Shown here: in pieces, positions 40,468 through 50,890 of the stretch | How the letters are laid out: every line of letters starts with the position of its first letter | Position numbering within the stretch: position 1 is the first letter of the stretch | From: Planctomycetota bacterium | GTDB lineage: Bacteria; Planctomycetota; GCA-002687715; DRQF01 | Length of the DNA stretch: 64,000 nucleotides | Reading direction: 5' to 3' | Assembly (NCBI GenBank): GCA_036479435.1 | Contig: JAZGFI010000170.1 | Span: 66,437 to 130,436, forward strand | The notes under the pieces: model-generated | What the model saw: the letters and a program-made list of their open reading frames with translations, nothing else | What the model was told of the DNA's origin: nothing | Databases searched by the model: none | Translations under genes and position numbers: made by a program

Positions 40468-42450
40468 ATGAACCGGGAAATCCTCCTCGTATCGTGCCTG
40501 TTCTTGCTCGCCCTCGCGGCCGGGGTGGCGCTCTTTTACGTCCTCGACGACGCGGGCGATGATGGCATTGTTCCCGATGAGCAAGGCATCAGCCAAGATG
40601 ACTTCGGCGTCAAGTCGAAAGACAAAGCCCGGCGCCAGGGCGATCGCGTGGCTTATACTTCAGCTGCCGCCGGTGGTGCCGACCGACCGAAACCCGGCAC
40701 GGCTGGCGAACCGCTGCAACTGGGCCGTGGCGAAACGACTCTTGAGGGCTATGTGATCGGAGGCGACGGCAAACCCGTGGCCGATGCGCTCGCAAGCGTC
40801 TTCGAAGATCGTTCGGACACCGCAAGTTTTACCCTGCAGGGCGTCCTTTTTGGCCAAGTGCTGACCGATGCTTCGGGGCGCTTTCGTTTCCAAGGGGCTC
40901 CGTCTGACGAGCCCCTATTGCTGAGGGTCGACCACGAAGAGTTCGCCACCTGGTCGCAAGGGGCTTTGACTTTGAGCGATGGCCAAACAAAGTCGCTGAA
41001 GATAAAGCTCCAGCGGGGGCTCTCACTGCAAGGTTCAGTTTTGGACTTGGCGGGCAACCCGTTGCCAGATGCCAGCATTATTGTCGTCGATCAAAACACC
41101 CGAGCCATCGATCCCACTCGAACCGTGGAGCGTATTGCGGTTAGCGACGCGCGGGGTGAGTTTTCCTTCAACAACCTCACGCGCGGCATCAAGAAAGTCA
41201 CCGCTTCGAAAGCGGGTTACGCCTCGGTGAGCCGAGTCTCTATCAACTTGGCACCGCGTCGTGACGTGGCGCCCTTAAGCTTCGTGTTGGAAACGGGAGC
41301 TGTGATCCGCGGCCGCGTCGTCGACCAAGACGGCATGCCCATCGCATCTGTAGTGATCTCGGCGGAGCCCATTCGACGCCGGACGAACAATGTGCCCGCT
41401 GGCAACTACCCCCCGGTAAAAAGCGACGAAAACGGTGAGTTCGTGATGGAGGGTTTGCTCGACGGGATGTACCGACTGGCCTGCTACAAAAAGGGCTTTG
41501 GGTCCTCACGTCGCCAGAACGCCAAGACCGGGGCCGAGGCCGTTCAGATCGAGATGAAACGCCGACCGGTCGTTCGCGGACGAATCGTTGACGCCGAGTC
41601 GGGGCAGCCCATCAAAAAATTCTCCGTGGTCTTGGGCCGCAGTGAGAATCTGATTTTCACCAGCAATCAAAGCACTCAAAGATTTGAGTCTGAGGACGGA
41701 AGCTTTGAATTCAGCGATCTGGTTCTGAAGGGCGAGTTTTACTTGTTTGCCGAGGCCCGCGGCTACGCTTGGTCTCGCTCGGATTTGATTCTAACTTCCG
41801 CCGAAGAGGACATCGATGGCATCCTGATCTCCTTGATCCGCGGCGCAAAAGTTCGCGGCCGGATCACGAACACCGCAGGCAAGCCGATTGCGGGAGCGCA
41901 AGTGGAGTTGATTCCCCGTCAGCAACAACAGTCCGGCGATGCGGGGATGTTCCTCGGTTTGATCCAAGCCAGTTTGCGCACCGCAAAACGGAGAGCCCGG
42001 ACGAACGACAAGGGTGAGTACGAATTTGAGAACGTTCACGCCGGCTCTTTTGTGACCAAAGCTCGGCACTCCAAGTTTGCAGCTGGCGAACACGAAGAGT
42101 TGATCTTCGTCGATGGCAAATCCGATGCCCGCATGCCCGATCTACAGCTGATGCAGGGCGGGACTCTGAAGGGCATCGTGTTGGAAAAAGACGGCAAGTC
42201 CGGAGCTGACTGTCTGATTCAGATTTCGCCCAAGGCGGGTTTCGGCGGCGGGGGCAAAGGAAGCTACTCGACGCGGAGTGACGCTCAGGGACGCTTCATC
42301 GTCAAGAGTATTCGCCCCGGTATCTACAACGTACAGGTGTCCGAACGCAATGGTGAGGTGGCGCAGATCTTCGAGCAAATGTTGCTGAGGAAAAAGCGTG
42401 AAGAGATCATCATCGGTGATGGTGAAACTCAAGAAATTCGGCTTCGATAG
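40468..42450 (+). CDS. Membrane-anchored protein with carboxypeptidase-regulatory-like repeats
   Basis: N-terminal TM; repeated G.V.D..G.P..(T/S)D..G.F units. Confidence 0.82.
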   Translation: MNREILLVSCLFLLALAAGVALFYVLDDAGDDGIVPDEQGISQDDFGVKSKDKARRQGDRVAYTSAAAGGADRPKPGTAGEPLQLGRGETTLEGYVIGGDGKPVADALASVFEDRSDTASFTLQGVLFGQVLTDASGRFRFQGAPSDEPLLLRVDHEEFATWSQGALTLSDGQTKSLKIKLQRGLSLQGSVLDLAGNPLPDASIIVVDQNTRAIDPTRTVERIAVSDARGEFSFNNLTRGIKKVTASKAGYASVSRVSINLAPRRDVAPLSFVLETGAVIRGRVVDQDGMPIASVVISAEPIRRRTNNVPAGNYPPVKSDENGEFVMEGLLDGMYRLACYKKGFGSSRRQNAKTGAEAVQIEMKRRPVVRGRIVDAESGQPIKKFSVVLGRSENLIFTSNQSTQRFESEDGSFEFSDLVLKGEFYLFAEARGYAWSRSDLILTSAEEDIDGILISLIRGAKVRGRITNTAGKPIAGAQVELIPRQQQQSGDAGMFLGLIQASLRTAKRRARTNDKGEYEFENVHAGSFVTKARHSKFAAGEHEELIFVDGKSDARMPDLQLMQGGTLKGIVLEKDGKSGADCLIQISPKAGFGGGGKGSYSTRSDAQGRFIVKSIRPGIYNVQVSERNGEVAQIFEQMLLRKKREEIIIGDGETQEIRLR

Positions 42451-42464
42451 GCAAAGTCTGCCCC

Positions 42465-44528
42465 GTGAATCGCGACTATTTATTGATCGGACTCATTGTC
42501 CTGGCCTTGGTGGTGGTCTCTGTCGACCTGTTTTGGAACGACTTTTTCGGGTCTGAGGATACCGAACTCAGTACTGAGAACGAGGCCGACGACCTCGGCG
42601 AAGAAGGGCGAAAAACTCGCAGAGGAGGGGGGATCAAACCCGAAGGCCCCGAGTTCCCCAAAGCCCTTTCTCAGCCTTCTCCAAGTCCGACCAAGGATGG
42701 AGTTGAATTGGACGCCTATGGCGTTCCCTACGCCAAAATTCAAGGCCGAGTCCTATCTCCGAGCGGCCAAGGTTTGCCTGGCGTAACCCTGAATTTGTGC
42801 CGCGACCTTTCTCCCGACGGCCGCGAAACGCTGCGCGGCCCCGTTCTCAAGAGCGAGACCAGCGGCGAAAACGGGTATTTTGAGATCGAGCAGGTCGAGG
42901 CCCATGATCTCTACGTCCTAAAGGCGACTCATCGCGACTTTGCGGCTCAAGAAATCAAAGACTTAAAGCTCCACGCTGGCGTCGCCAAGAATCTCGTGGT
43001 GCAGCTCCGGGCCGGGTTCTCCGTCGCGGGGACGGTCATCGAGGCGGGTTCCAAAGCCCCCGTGTCCGGAGCCGAAGTGGTTTTTTATGACTTGGTTGGT
43101 CGTGCCGACGATTTTGAAAGCACCATAGAGCGCACGACGATCAGCGATGCTGAAGGCCGTTACCGAGTGGATGGACTAGGCCGCGGATTCAAGCGCGCCG
43201 TTGCGCGTTGTGAGGGCTACGCTTCTGATACTTACTTTCAGATGAGAGTAGACCCAAACTCAACGCGGAGGCCCTTGAACTTCACCTTGGGAGTCAGTCA
43301 TTCCATTAGTGGAAAAGTGATGGACCATCAGCGCCAGCCCTTGGCCGGCGCGGCCGTTTCGATTTCGAGTGTTCCGATCAAAGCTGGCGCCAAAAAGGGC
43401 CACTTTCCCAATGTCGAGTCCAACGCGAACGGCGAGTATCGATTTGATGCGCTGCCGAAGGGCTTTTACACCGTGCGGGCGGCGAAAGTCGGCTATCGCC
43501 ATGGGACGTCGACCCGCCGCCACCGGCGCGGCGCAAAGGTCACCTTGGAGATGATTGGCCGCTCTGCGGTCAATGCTAATGCGGGTCAAAAAGGCGTCGA
43601 TCTCGTCTTGGAACGTGGTGCCGTCGCCAAGGGCATTGTTGTTGACGATGAGACGAGCTTGCCCCTGAAAGCCTTTGAGATCGTAGCTTGCCACAAAGAG
43701 GACGTTCTCGTTCGATCTTTGGACAACACCCGAAGGTTTCGCGACGAGGACGGCGAATTCACTTTCAGTGCGCCCTTGCTCGATTCTTTTCTCGAGCGCA
43801 TGACGATTTACGCAACGGCACCGGGATACGCCGGTGGCAGTGTTGAAATTGTTCGCGTTGATCCAGAGGCGACGGACGCCGCGAGCTACACCGGCCTGCT
43901 TATTCGAGTCAAGCGCGGTTCAAAGATCAAAGCGCGCGTCGTCGACACCAAGGGGAATCCGGTGGTCGGAGCCACGGTCACGGCGGTTGTGACCCCCAAA
44001 CCGAGCGCCTCTGAGGGTCGGCTCTTCGATATCTTCCTTCTGCACACGCCGCGTGGCGGAAAGATCGCTAAGACCGGCGCCGGCGGCCAGGTTGCGATCG
44101 ACGGTCTTTTGCCCGGGTACTATCGAATCCGCATCGATCATCCAAAGTACGCGACCAAGTTCGTCGAAGGTGGTTACGACATCGAAGACGTGGGTGAGCG
44201 AGACCTTGGTGACCTTGAGATTTACCGAGGAGCACGCGTCCAAGGTTCGGTCGTCGGCGCGAATGGGAAACCCATCGAGGGCTGCGAAGTACAACTGGCG
44301 CCTAACGACCGCAGGAACAAAATGCACTTGGCTCGCACCGGTATCTCGGGAGTCTTCGAGCTTCGCAACGTGCAACCCGGCAAGTATCGCCTGACGGTCG
44401 TTTCAGTGAGAGGAATGCGGCGCCAGATCACTGGTCGCATCAATTTTGGCCGCGGCGATGGTGGCGTCGAGTTGCTCTTGGCCGATGGCGACCGTGTCAC
44501 CAAGAAACTGAAGCTGCAAGACCAATAG
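42465..44528 (+). CDS. Paralogous membrane-anchored protein with carboxypeptidase-regulatory-like repeats
   Basis: Same architecture as 40468-42450 (MNRE/MNRD start, colinear repeats). Confidence 0.82.
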   Translation: MNRDYLLIGLIVLALVVVSVDLFWNDFFGSEDTELSTENEADDLGEEGRKTRRGGGIKPEGPEFPKALSQPSPSPTKDGVELDAYGVPYAKIQGRVLSPSGQGLPGVTLNLCRDLSPDGRETLRGPVLKSETSGENGYFEIEQVEAHDLYVLKATHRDFAAQEIKDLKLHAGVAKNLVVQLRAGFSVAGTVIEAGSKAPVSGAEVVFYDLVGRADDFESTIERTTISDAEGRYRVDGLGRGFKRAVARCEGYASDTYFQMRVDPNSTRRPLNFTLGVSHSISGKVMDHQRQPLAGAAVSISSVPIKAGAKKGHFPNVESNANGEYRFDALPKGFYTVRAAKVGYRHGTSTRRHRRGAKVTLEMIGRSAVNANAGQKGVDLVLERGAVAKGIVVDDETSLPLKAFEIVACHKEDVLVRSLDNTRRFRDEDGEFTFSAPLLDSFLERMTIYATAPGYAGGSVEIVRVDPEATDAASYTGLLIRVKRGSKIKARVVDTKGNPVVGATVTAVVTPKPSASEGRLFDIFLLHTPRGGKIAKTGAGGQVAIDGLLPGYYRIRIDHPKYATKFVEGGYDIEDVGERDLGDLEIYRGARVQGSVVGANGKPIEGCEVQLAPNDRRNKMHLARTGISGVFELRNVQPGKYRLTVVSVRGMRRQITGRINFGRGDGGVELLLADGDRVTKKLKLQDQ

Positions 44529-44557
44529 GTCACTAACGATAATGAATCAAGTTAGGC

Positions 44558-44731
44558 TTAGGACGGATCGTCTTCGAAAGTAGGACGGCTGATCCGGTAG
44601 TCTTCCGAAAACCACTTTCCCAAATCGGTCATCTTGCAGCGTTCACTGCAAAAAGGGAAAGCTGGATTCGCTTTCGAATCGGCAGCCTTGATTTTTTCGC
44701 CACAGTGGGGGCAGCTGTGGCCTTCACTCAC
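44558..44731 (-). CDS. yacG: DNA gyrase inhibitor YacG (57 aa, absent from ORF track)
   Basis: Hand translation MSEGHSCPHCGEKIKAADSKANPAFPFCSERCKMTDLGKWFSEDYRI..; GTGA overlap with upstream stop. Confidence 0.92.
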   Translation of the reverse strand: MSEGHSCPHCGEKIKAADSKANPAFPFCSERCKMTDLGKWFSEDYRISRPTFEDDPS

Positions 44732-45069
44732 GGTGATTTCTTCGACTTGTCAGGCTTAGTGGGGGATGAAGCCTTGGCGGCGTCCTTGGTTTTGGACTCG
44801 CTTTTTTCGCCCCCGCTCGAACTGGCGGGTTCGCTCACCTTTTTTTCGCTCTCCTGAGCGGCCTTGTGCCCAGCTTTGAAGGACTCGCTGCGGTAGTCGG
44901 TGGTGTAAAAACCACTGCCCTTGAAGATGATCGCTCCGCCACCACCGATAAGGCGCACTAACTTGAGGCGGCCGCACTCCGGGCATTTTTTCTTCTTGCT
45001 GTCGCCCATGGACTGCACGAGTTCAAACTCGTGGCTGCAAGCCGAGCATTCGTAGTCGTAAGTTGGCAT
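44728..45069 (-). CDS. FmdB-family zinc-ribbon protein
   Basis: MPTYDYECSAC...CPECG...FKGSGFYTTDY. Confidence 0.92.
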   Translation of the reverse strand: MPTYDYECSACSHEFELVQSMGDSKKKKCPECGRLKLVRLIGGGGAIIFKGSGFYTTDYRSESFKAGHKAAQESEKKVSEPASSSGGEKSESKTKDAAKASSPTKPDKSKKSP

Positions 45070-45696
45070 CTAATCGTCCTCGGTGCTCGGCGCTACCGCG
45101 ACGTTGACGCGGGCATGCCGTAGAACCATGTCTCCGAGGCGGTATCCGCCCTGAATCTCTAAGAGGATGGTGTTGGGGGCTGCCTCTTCGGTTTCCTCGC
45201 GTCCCACCGCCTCGTGGAGATCAGCGTCAAAAACCGAATCCGCGGTCCCGATGCGATTGATCTGATTGTCGCTAAGAAGCTTGCCCAACATCTCGTGGAT
45301 CATCTTGACTCCGATCAGAACGTTGTCGGCGTCTTGTCCCTGATCAAGGGCCTTCATCGCGGCATCGAAGTTATCGACGATCGGAAGGACCTGGAGGAAA
45401 ATGTCCTTGGTGATGAACTTGCGACTGTCGGCGATTCGGCGTTCGCTTTGGCGCCGAAAATTCTGCATTTCGGCGCGAACCCGGCGGACCTCGTCTTGAA
45501 GTTCTTCTAGTTGGCTCTCGAGGTCGCTTCCTTCGGCTTCAGCATCTTCAACTTCCTGGGCGATCTTATCATCGTGAGATTCTTGGTCGCCCTGGGCCTT
45601 TGATTCAATCTCAAGTTCGGCCGCTTCGCCTTCTTTGTTTTTTGGATCCATGGCTTCGTTCGAGTCGTCTTTGCGGTTTTCGGTGGAGGAGTCCAT
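45070..45696 (-). CDS. grpE: Nucleotide exchange factor GrpE
   Basis: AEMQNFRR, LPIVDNF, FDADLHEAV, GYRLGDMVLRHARV; TAATG overlap with dnaJ. Confidence 0.95.
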   Translation of the reverse strand: MDSSTENRKDDSNEAMDPKNKEGEAAELEIESKAQGDQESHDDKIAQEVEDAEAEGSDLESQLEELQDEVRRVRAEMQNFRRQSERRIADSRKFITKDIFLQVLPIVDNFDAAMKALDQGQDADNVLIGVKMIHEMLGKLLSDNQINRIGTADSVFDADLHEAVGREETEEAAPNTILLEIQGGYRLGDMVLRHARVNVAVAPSTEDD

Positions 45697-46799
45697 TAGA
45701 AGATGCCCCACTTTTTCTTGTCGCTCTCAGCGGCGACGCCGAGGCTGTCCGCGAGTTGTTTGAGGAGCTCTTTCTGCTCGGTACTTAGTTTCTTCGGGGT
45801 CTTGACCTGGACGGTGACGTAGAGATCACCTTTTCCTCGGCCGCGAAGGCGAGGCATACCCTGATCGCGCAATCGCAAGATCTCTCCGCTCTGAGTACCC
45901 GCGGGGATCTTCACTTCGACTTCATCTTGGAGGGTCCTGACGGTCATGGTCGTGCCGAGCGCAACTTGCGGAAAATCGATCGGCATCACCACGTAAAGGT
46001 CATCCCCACGGCGCTCGAAGCGGGCGTGGTTTTCGATTTCAATATCGCAATAAAGGTCACCGCGACCACCGCCGCTGAGCCCGGCTTCGCCCTCTCCTTG
46101 AACTCGAAGTCGTTGGCCGGAGTCCACGCCGGCCGGAATGTCGACTTTGATCTCGACCGATTCGTTAGAGAAGCCGGAACCGTGGCAAGCATCACAGGGG
46201 TCGGCGATCGTGACGCCCTCGCCTCGGCAGCTGGGGCAACCCGTCCGAATGCTAAAAAAGCCCTGAGATTGAACGACCTCGCCGGCACCACCACAGGTCT
46301 CACAGGTCGTGGGCGAGGTGCCCGGCTTGGCGCGGCTGCCGTCACAGGTATCGCAGATTTCTCGTCGGTTGAGCTGGACCCGCTTTTCAACGCCCGTTGC
46401 GGCTTCCTCCAGCGTGAGCTGAAGTCGTAGGCGCAAAGAATCGCCTCGTTTGGGTCCGCGCGATTGCTGCCGTCGCCCGCCGCGGCCGAACATCTCTCCA
46501 AACAGGTTGGAAAAGAGATCGTTGGGATCACTGAAGCCACCGTAGCCTGAAAAGCCACCTCCACCGCCGCCAGCACCAAGGCCTGCTTTGCCGAACTGGT
46601 CGTACTGCTCGCGGCGCTTGGAATCCGACAGGACTTCGTAGGCCTCGGCGGCCTCTTTGAACTTGGATTCGGCCTGGTCGTCGTCGGCGTTGCGATCGGG
46701 GTGGAACTTGAACGCAAGTTTGCGATAAGCTTTTTTGATGACGGCGTCGTCGGCGTCTTTTGGGACCCCCAGCACGTCGTAGTAGTTGCGTTCACTCAT
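45696..46799 (-). CDS. dnaJ: Chaperone DnaJ
   Basis: J domain with HPD, G/F region, four CxxCxGxG-type repeats. Confidence 0.97.
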   Translation of the reverse strand: MSERNYYDVLGVPKDADDAVIKKAYRKLAFKFHPDRNADDDQAESKFKEAAEAYEVLSDSKRREQYDQFGKAGLGAGGGGGGFSGYGGFSDPNDLFSNLFGEMFGRGGRRQQSRGPKRGDSLRLRLQLTLEEAATGVEKRVQLNRREICDTCDGSRAKPGTSPTTCETCGGAGEVVQSQGFFSIRTGCPSCRGEGVTIADPCDACHGSGFSNESVEIKVDIPAGVDSGQRLRVQGEGEAGLSGGGRGDLYCDIEIENHARFERRGDDLYVVMPIDFPQVALGTTMTVRTLQDEVEVKIPAGTQSGEILRLRDQGMPRLRGRGKGDLYVTVQVKTPKKLSTEQKELLKQLADSLGVAAESDKKKWGIF

Positions 46800-46828
46800 C
46801 GAGGCTCAGCTCCGGTGGATGCTTACAA

Positions 46829-46860
46829 GGGGGCGGGGGAGCGTTGGCTCCCCCGCCTCC
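46829..46860 (-). other. GC-rich intercistronic hairpin after groEL
   Basis: GGAGGCGGGGGAGC-CAAC-GCTCCCCCGCCCCC without a U tract; possible mRNA stabiliser or partial terminator. Confidence 0.6.
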
Positions 46861-46864
46861 CAAC

Positions 46865-48478
46865 TCAGGTCGTCGCGCCGGCGATGGGTTCAGCTTTGTC
46901 TTCAAGGCCCGTGATCGCGGTGCTCGTCGTCAGCATTAAGCCTGAGACGCCTGCAGCGTTCTCAAGTGCAGAGCGTGTGACTTTGACCGGATCTACGATA
47001 CCCGCCTTGAAGAGGTCTCGATGCTCGCCCAGCGCAGCGTCGAATCCCCAGTTGCGGTTTTTGCTTTCGAGGGTCTCCTCGACGCAAACCTTACCGTCGA
47101 AACCGGCGTTCTCCGCGATCTGAATCGCGGGAGACGTGAGCGAAGCGGCTACGATTCGACCGCCGATTTTCTCGTCGCCCTTGAGCTTTGAGATCATGGC
47201 CTCGACGGTCTCGCGAGCACGCAGAAGGGCGGTGCCTCCACCGGCCACGATGCCTTCTTCGACCGCGGCGCGAGTTGCGTGCAGAGCATCCTCAACGCGG
47301 TCTTTCTTTTCGCTCATTTCCTTTTCGGTCACGGCGCCAACTCTGATCACGGCGATACCGCCCGCAAGCTTGCCCAAGCGCTCTTGGAGCTTCTCGCGAT
47401 CGTAGTCCGACGTGCTCTTCTCGATCTGCGTGCGGAGAGTGTCCACGCGCTCGTTGACGGCTTTCTTTTTGCCGCCACCTTCGACGATCAAAGTGTCGTC
47501 CTTGGTGATCTCGATACGCTTGGCGCTGCCGAGCACTTCGAGGCCAACATTTTCGAGGTTCTGGCCGAGGTCCTCGGTCACGCAGGTGCCACCGGTCAAT
47601 GTAGCGATGTCATCCAGCATTGCCTTACGGCGATCGCCGAAGCCAGGAGCCTTGACGGCGCAGACGTTCATGGTGCCGCGCAAACGGTTGATCACCAATG
47701 CAGAGAGTGCATCGGATTCGACGTCCTCGGCGATGATCAACAAGGGGCGGCCCTTTTGTGCCACCGATTCGAGAATCGGCAGTAGCTGGCGCAAATTCGA
47801 GAGCTTCTTTTCGTGAATGAGGATGTAGGCATCCTCGAGCACGGCGTTCATCTTCTCGGGGTTGGTGACAAAGTAGGGCGAAATGTAGCCCTTGTCGAAG
47901 TTCATGCCGTCGACGATGTCGAGCGTCGTCTCCATGCCCTTGGCCTCTTCGACGGTAATGACACCGTCTTCGCCGACGCGGCCAATGGCGTCCGCCAAAA
48001 GCTCGCCGACCGTCTCGTCGCCGTTCGCCGAGATCGTTCCGACCTGGGCGATAGTCTCACGACCGCGGACGGGTTTGGCCATGTCGTGCAGAGATTCCAC
48101 CGCGGCTTCGACGGCTTTGTCGATACCGCGTTTGACGATGACCTGGTTCGCGCCGCTCGTGAGAGCGCGCAGGCCTTCCCCGTAGATTGCTTCCGCAAGT
48201 ACGGTCGCCGTCGTGGTGCCGTCACCGGCGCGGTCGTTGGTTTTCGACGCGACTTCATTGACGAGTTTGGCGCCCATGTTTTCAAAGGGATCGGCGATCT
48301 CGATCTCTTTCGACACCGTGACCCCGTCTTTTGTGACCGTCGGGCCACCAAAGCTCTTTTGGTAAATCACGTTCTTGCCGCGTGGGCCGAGTGTGATCTT
48401 GACCGCTTTGGCGAGCTGGCGGACACCTTCGAGAATTTTGCGACGAGCTTCGTCGTCGAACATCATTTGCTTAGCCAT
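46865..48478 (-). CDS. groL: Chaperonin GroEL (copy without GGM tail)
   Basis: [34 protein letters not shown]. Confidence 0.97.
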   Translation of the reverse strand: MAKQMMFDDEARRKILEGVRQLAKAVKITLGPRGKNVIYQKSFGGPTVTKDGVTVSKEIEIADPFENMGAKLVNEVASKTNDRAGDGTTTATVLAEAIYGEGLRALTSGANQVIVKRGIDKAVEAAVESLHDMAKPVRGRETIAQVGTISANGDETVGELLADAIGRVGEDGVITVEEAKGMETTLDIVDGMNFDKGYISPYFVTNPEKMNAVLEDAYILIHEKKLSNLRQLLPILESVAQKGRPLLIIAEDVESDALSALVINRLRGTMNVCAVKAPGFGDRRKAMLDDIATLTGGTCVTEDLGQNLENVGLEVLGSAKRIEITKDDTLIVEGGGKKKAVNERVDTLRTQIEKSTSDYDREKLQERLGKLAGGIAVIRVGAVTEKEMSEKKDRVEDALHATRAAVEEGIVAGGGTALLRARETVEAMISKLKGDEKIGGRIVAASLTSPAIQIAENAGFDGKVCVEETLESKNRNWGFDAALGEHRDLFKAGIVDPVKVTRSALENAAGVSGLMLTTSTAITGLEDKAEPIAGATT

Positions 48479-48497
48479 GGATTCAGTCCTCCTCAGC

Positions 48498-48788
48498 TTA
48501 TTTGATGACTTTTGCGAGAACGTCTTGTTCGCGCATGATCTTGTATTCTTTACCGTCAACTTTGACTTCGGTTCCGGCGTACTTGCCGAAATAGACGATG
48601 TCACCTTTTTTCAAGGCGGGGCTGCGGTGACTCCCGTCGTCATTGACGGCACCAGGGCCAGCGGCAATGACTTTGCCTTGTTGTGGTTTTTCCTGGGCAC
48701 CGTCGGGAAGGAGAATGCCGCCGGCGCTTTTGGTCTCGGCGTTGAGTTGTTCGATGACCAAACGGTCACCAAGGGGCTTGAGTTTCAT
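48498..48788 (-). CDS. groS: Co-chaperonin GroES
   Basis: [23 protein letters not shown]. Confidence 0.97.
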   Translation of the reverse strand: MKLKPLGDRLVIEQLNAETKSAGGILLPDGAQEKPQQGKVIAAGPGAVNDDGSHRSPALKKGDIVYFGKYAGTEVKVDGKEYKIMREQDVLAKVIK

Positions 48789-48881
48789 GTCTTTATCCTC
48801 TGCGTTTTTGTTTTGCTGAGCTGTCGATTCGCTTCGCTCGACTAAGCCCGCGTGAATTTCACATTGCGACTGGAGAGGGCT

Positions 48882-50603
48882 TTAGAAGCCCATGCCGGGC
48901 ATTCCGCCCATGCCTCCCATGCCGCCCATTCCCGGCATGCCGCCGCCCATGCCACCCATTCCGGGCATTCCGCCCATGCCACCCATGTCGCCGCCGGGAT
49001 CACCGGCGGGAGCTTCATCTTTCGGGATGTCGGTCACCAGTGCGTTGGTGGACAACAAGATCGTGGCAACACTCGCGGCATTGATGACCGCAGACGTAGT
49101 AACTTTGGTCGGGTCGATGACGCCCGCTTCGAAGAGGTCTTCGTAGCAGTCGGTGAGGGCGTTGTAGCCCCAACCACCTTTGCCCGCGAGGACGTGCTTG
49201 CAAGCGATTGATCCGTTGCCGCCTGCGTTATCGGCGATCTGACGGAGCGGCGCGAGAATCGCTTCTTGCATCGCCCGCACACCAAAGGCTTCGTCGCCTT
49301 CGACGTCGCCTTCGAGTTTATCGAGGGCTTTGCGGCAGCGAGCCAAAGCCACACCACCACCCGGCAGGACACCGGTTTCGATCGCCGCCCGCGTCGCCGC
49401 GAGGGCGTCTTTGGCGCGCGCCTTCTTTTCTTTCATTTCGGTTTCAGTGCCCGCACCGATACTCATGACGGCGATGCCACCGGCGAGTCGGGCGAGTCGC
49501 TCTTGCAACTTCTCAGTATCGTAGTTGCTGTCTGTCGACTCGATTTCCTGACGAATCTGGGCGATCCGCTCTTGGAGTTTGGCTTTGGAACCCTTGCCTT
49601 GCACGATGGTGGTCGTGTCAGCCGTAGAAATGACTTTCTTGCAGGACCCAAGGTCCTTAAGCGTCAACGACTCCACATCAATCGCGAGGTCTTTAAAGAT
49701 GGGCTTGGCACCGGTCAGGATCGCGAGGTCTTGCAGCATGGCTTTGCGGCGGTCGCCGTAGCCCGGTGCTTTGACCGCAGCAACCTCGAAGGTCCCGCGG
49801 AGGCGGTTGACGACCAAGGTCGCCAGCGCTTCACCTTCGATGTCCTCGGCGATGATTAGCAGGGGGCGGTTGGCCTTGGCGACCTGCTCAAGGAGCGGAA
49901 TCAGCTTTTTGATGTTGCTGATCTTCTCCTCGTGAATCAGGACGTAGGGGTTGGCTTGCTCGCACTCGAGGGTCTTTTGGTCGGTGACGAAGTGGGGCGA
50001 AAGGTAGCCGCGGTCAAACTGCATCCCATCGACGATGTTGACCTCGGTTTCGGTGCCTTTGCCCTCTTCAACGTTGACGACGCCGTCCGCGCCGATTTTC
50101 AAGAAGGCCTCGACGAGCGGTTTGCCAATCGAAGCGTCGTTGTTGGAAGCGATGGAGGCGATTTCGACCAATTGGCCTTTATCGTCCAAAGAGATCTTTT
50201 TGGCCTGCTTGGCGAGGGTTTTGACGACGGCGTCTCTTGCTTTGGCGATTCCGCGTTGCACCGCGGTGGCATCGGCGCCAGCGGTCAGAGCCTTCAGGCC
50301 CTGAACAAAAATCGCCTCGGCGAGAACGGTCGAGGTCGTGGTTCCGTCACCGGCGACATCGTTAGTTTTGTCCGCCGCTTCCTTGAGCAGCTGGGCACCA
50401 AGGTTCTCGTAGGGATCACTGAGATCGATTTCGTCGGCGACGGTGTAGCCGTCTTTGGTGATGGTGGGTCCGCCGAAACCGCGGTCGATGACCACCGTGC
50501 GACCGCGGGGCCCCAAGGTGCTCTTCACGGCCTTGGCCAGCTTTTGAACTCCGCGCTTCAGCGCTTCCCGCGCCTCTGCTTCGAACATGAGCTGTTTTGA
50601 CAT
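48882..50603 (-). CDS. groL: Chaperonin GroEL (copy with GGM tail)
   Basis: [29 protein letters not shown]-terminal GGM repeats. Confidence 0.97.
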   Translation of the reverse strand: MSKQLMFEAEAREALKRGVQKLAKAVKSTLGPRGRTVVIDRGFGGPTITKDGYTVADEIDLSDPYENLGAQLLKEAADKTNDVAGDGTTTSTVLAEAIFVQGLKALTAGADATAVQRGIAKARDAVVKTLAKQAKKISLDDKGQLVEIASIASNNDASIGKPLVEAFLKIGADGVVNVEEGKGTETEVNIVDGMQFDRGYLSPHFVTDQKTLECEQANPYVLIHEEKISNIKKLIPLLEQVAKANRPLLIIAEDIEGEALATLVVNRLRGTFEVAAVKAPGYGDRRKAMLQDLAILTGAKPIFKDLAIDVESLTLKDLGSCKKVISTADTTTIVQGKGSKAKLQERIAQIRQEIESTDSNYDTEKLQERLARLAGGIAVMSIGAGTETEMKEKKARAKDALAATRAAIETGVLPGGGVALARCRKALDKLEGDVEGDEAFGVRAMQEAILAPLRQIADNAGGNGSIACKHVLAGKGGWGYNALTDCYEDLFEAGVIDPTKVTTSAVINAASVATILLSTNALVTDIPKDEAPAGDPGGDMGGMGGMPGMGGMGGGMPGMGGMGGMGGMPGMGF

Positions 50604-50678
50604 GGGTGTCATTCCTTTCCGTTTGCGAAATCTGGTCTGGCCCGATCGCGGAGCGCGCACGGGCGTGCATCGCCAGAC

Positions 50679-50693
50679 ACAAATTTCAGGCCA
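50679..50693 (-). promoter_or_regulatory. Putative sigma54 -24/-12 promoter of the groEL operon
   Basis: TGGCCTGAAATTTGT versus TGGCACGNNNNTTGC; spacing correct, -12 C is T. Confidence 0.5.
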
Positions 50694-50777
50694 GTTGTTC
50701 CCAGAAGGGAGTCAAACTTAAAGCCTTTCGAACCTGATACTTATGAATCAACCCAACGCAGTCTGTCGACCGGCGTA

Positions 50778-50833
50778 TGACAGGCTGTCAGCGGCGGCTT
50801 CTGCGGCTCCCGATTCGCCGTGACAATCTGGCA
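50778..50833. promoter_or_regulatory. Two TGMCA-N3-TGKCA boxes
   Basis: TGACA-GGC-TGTCA (50778-50790) and TGACA-ATC-TGGCA (50821-50833). Confidence 0.6.
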
Positions 50834-50890
50834 GGAAGCGGGGGTATTCGGGCGTTAGGATGGACGCGACCAAGGATCAAGGAGTCTTGA

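Noticed and set aside
48885..48990. Short tandem repeats as a CRISPR or VNTR
   Set aside because: They encode the GroEL Gly-Gly-Met tail; no CRISPR array or cas gene was seen anywhere in the window
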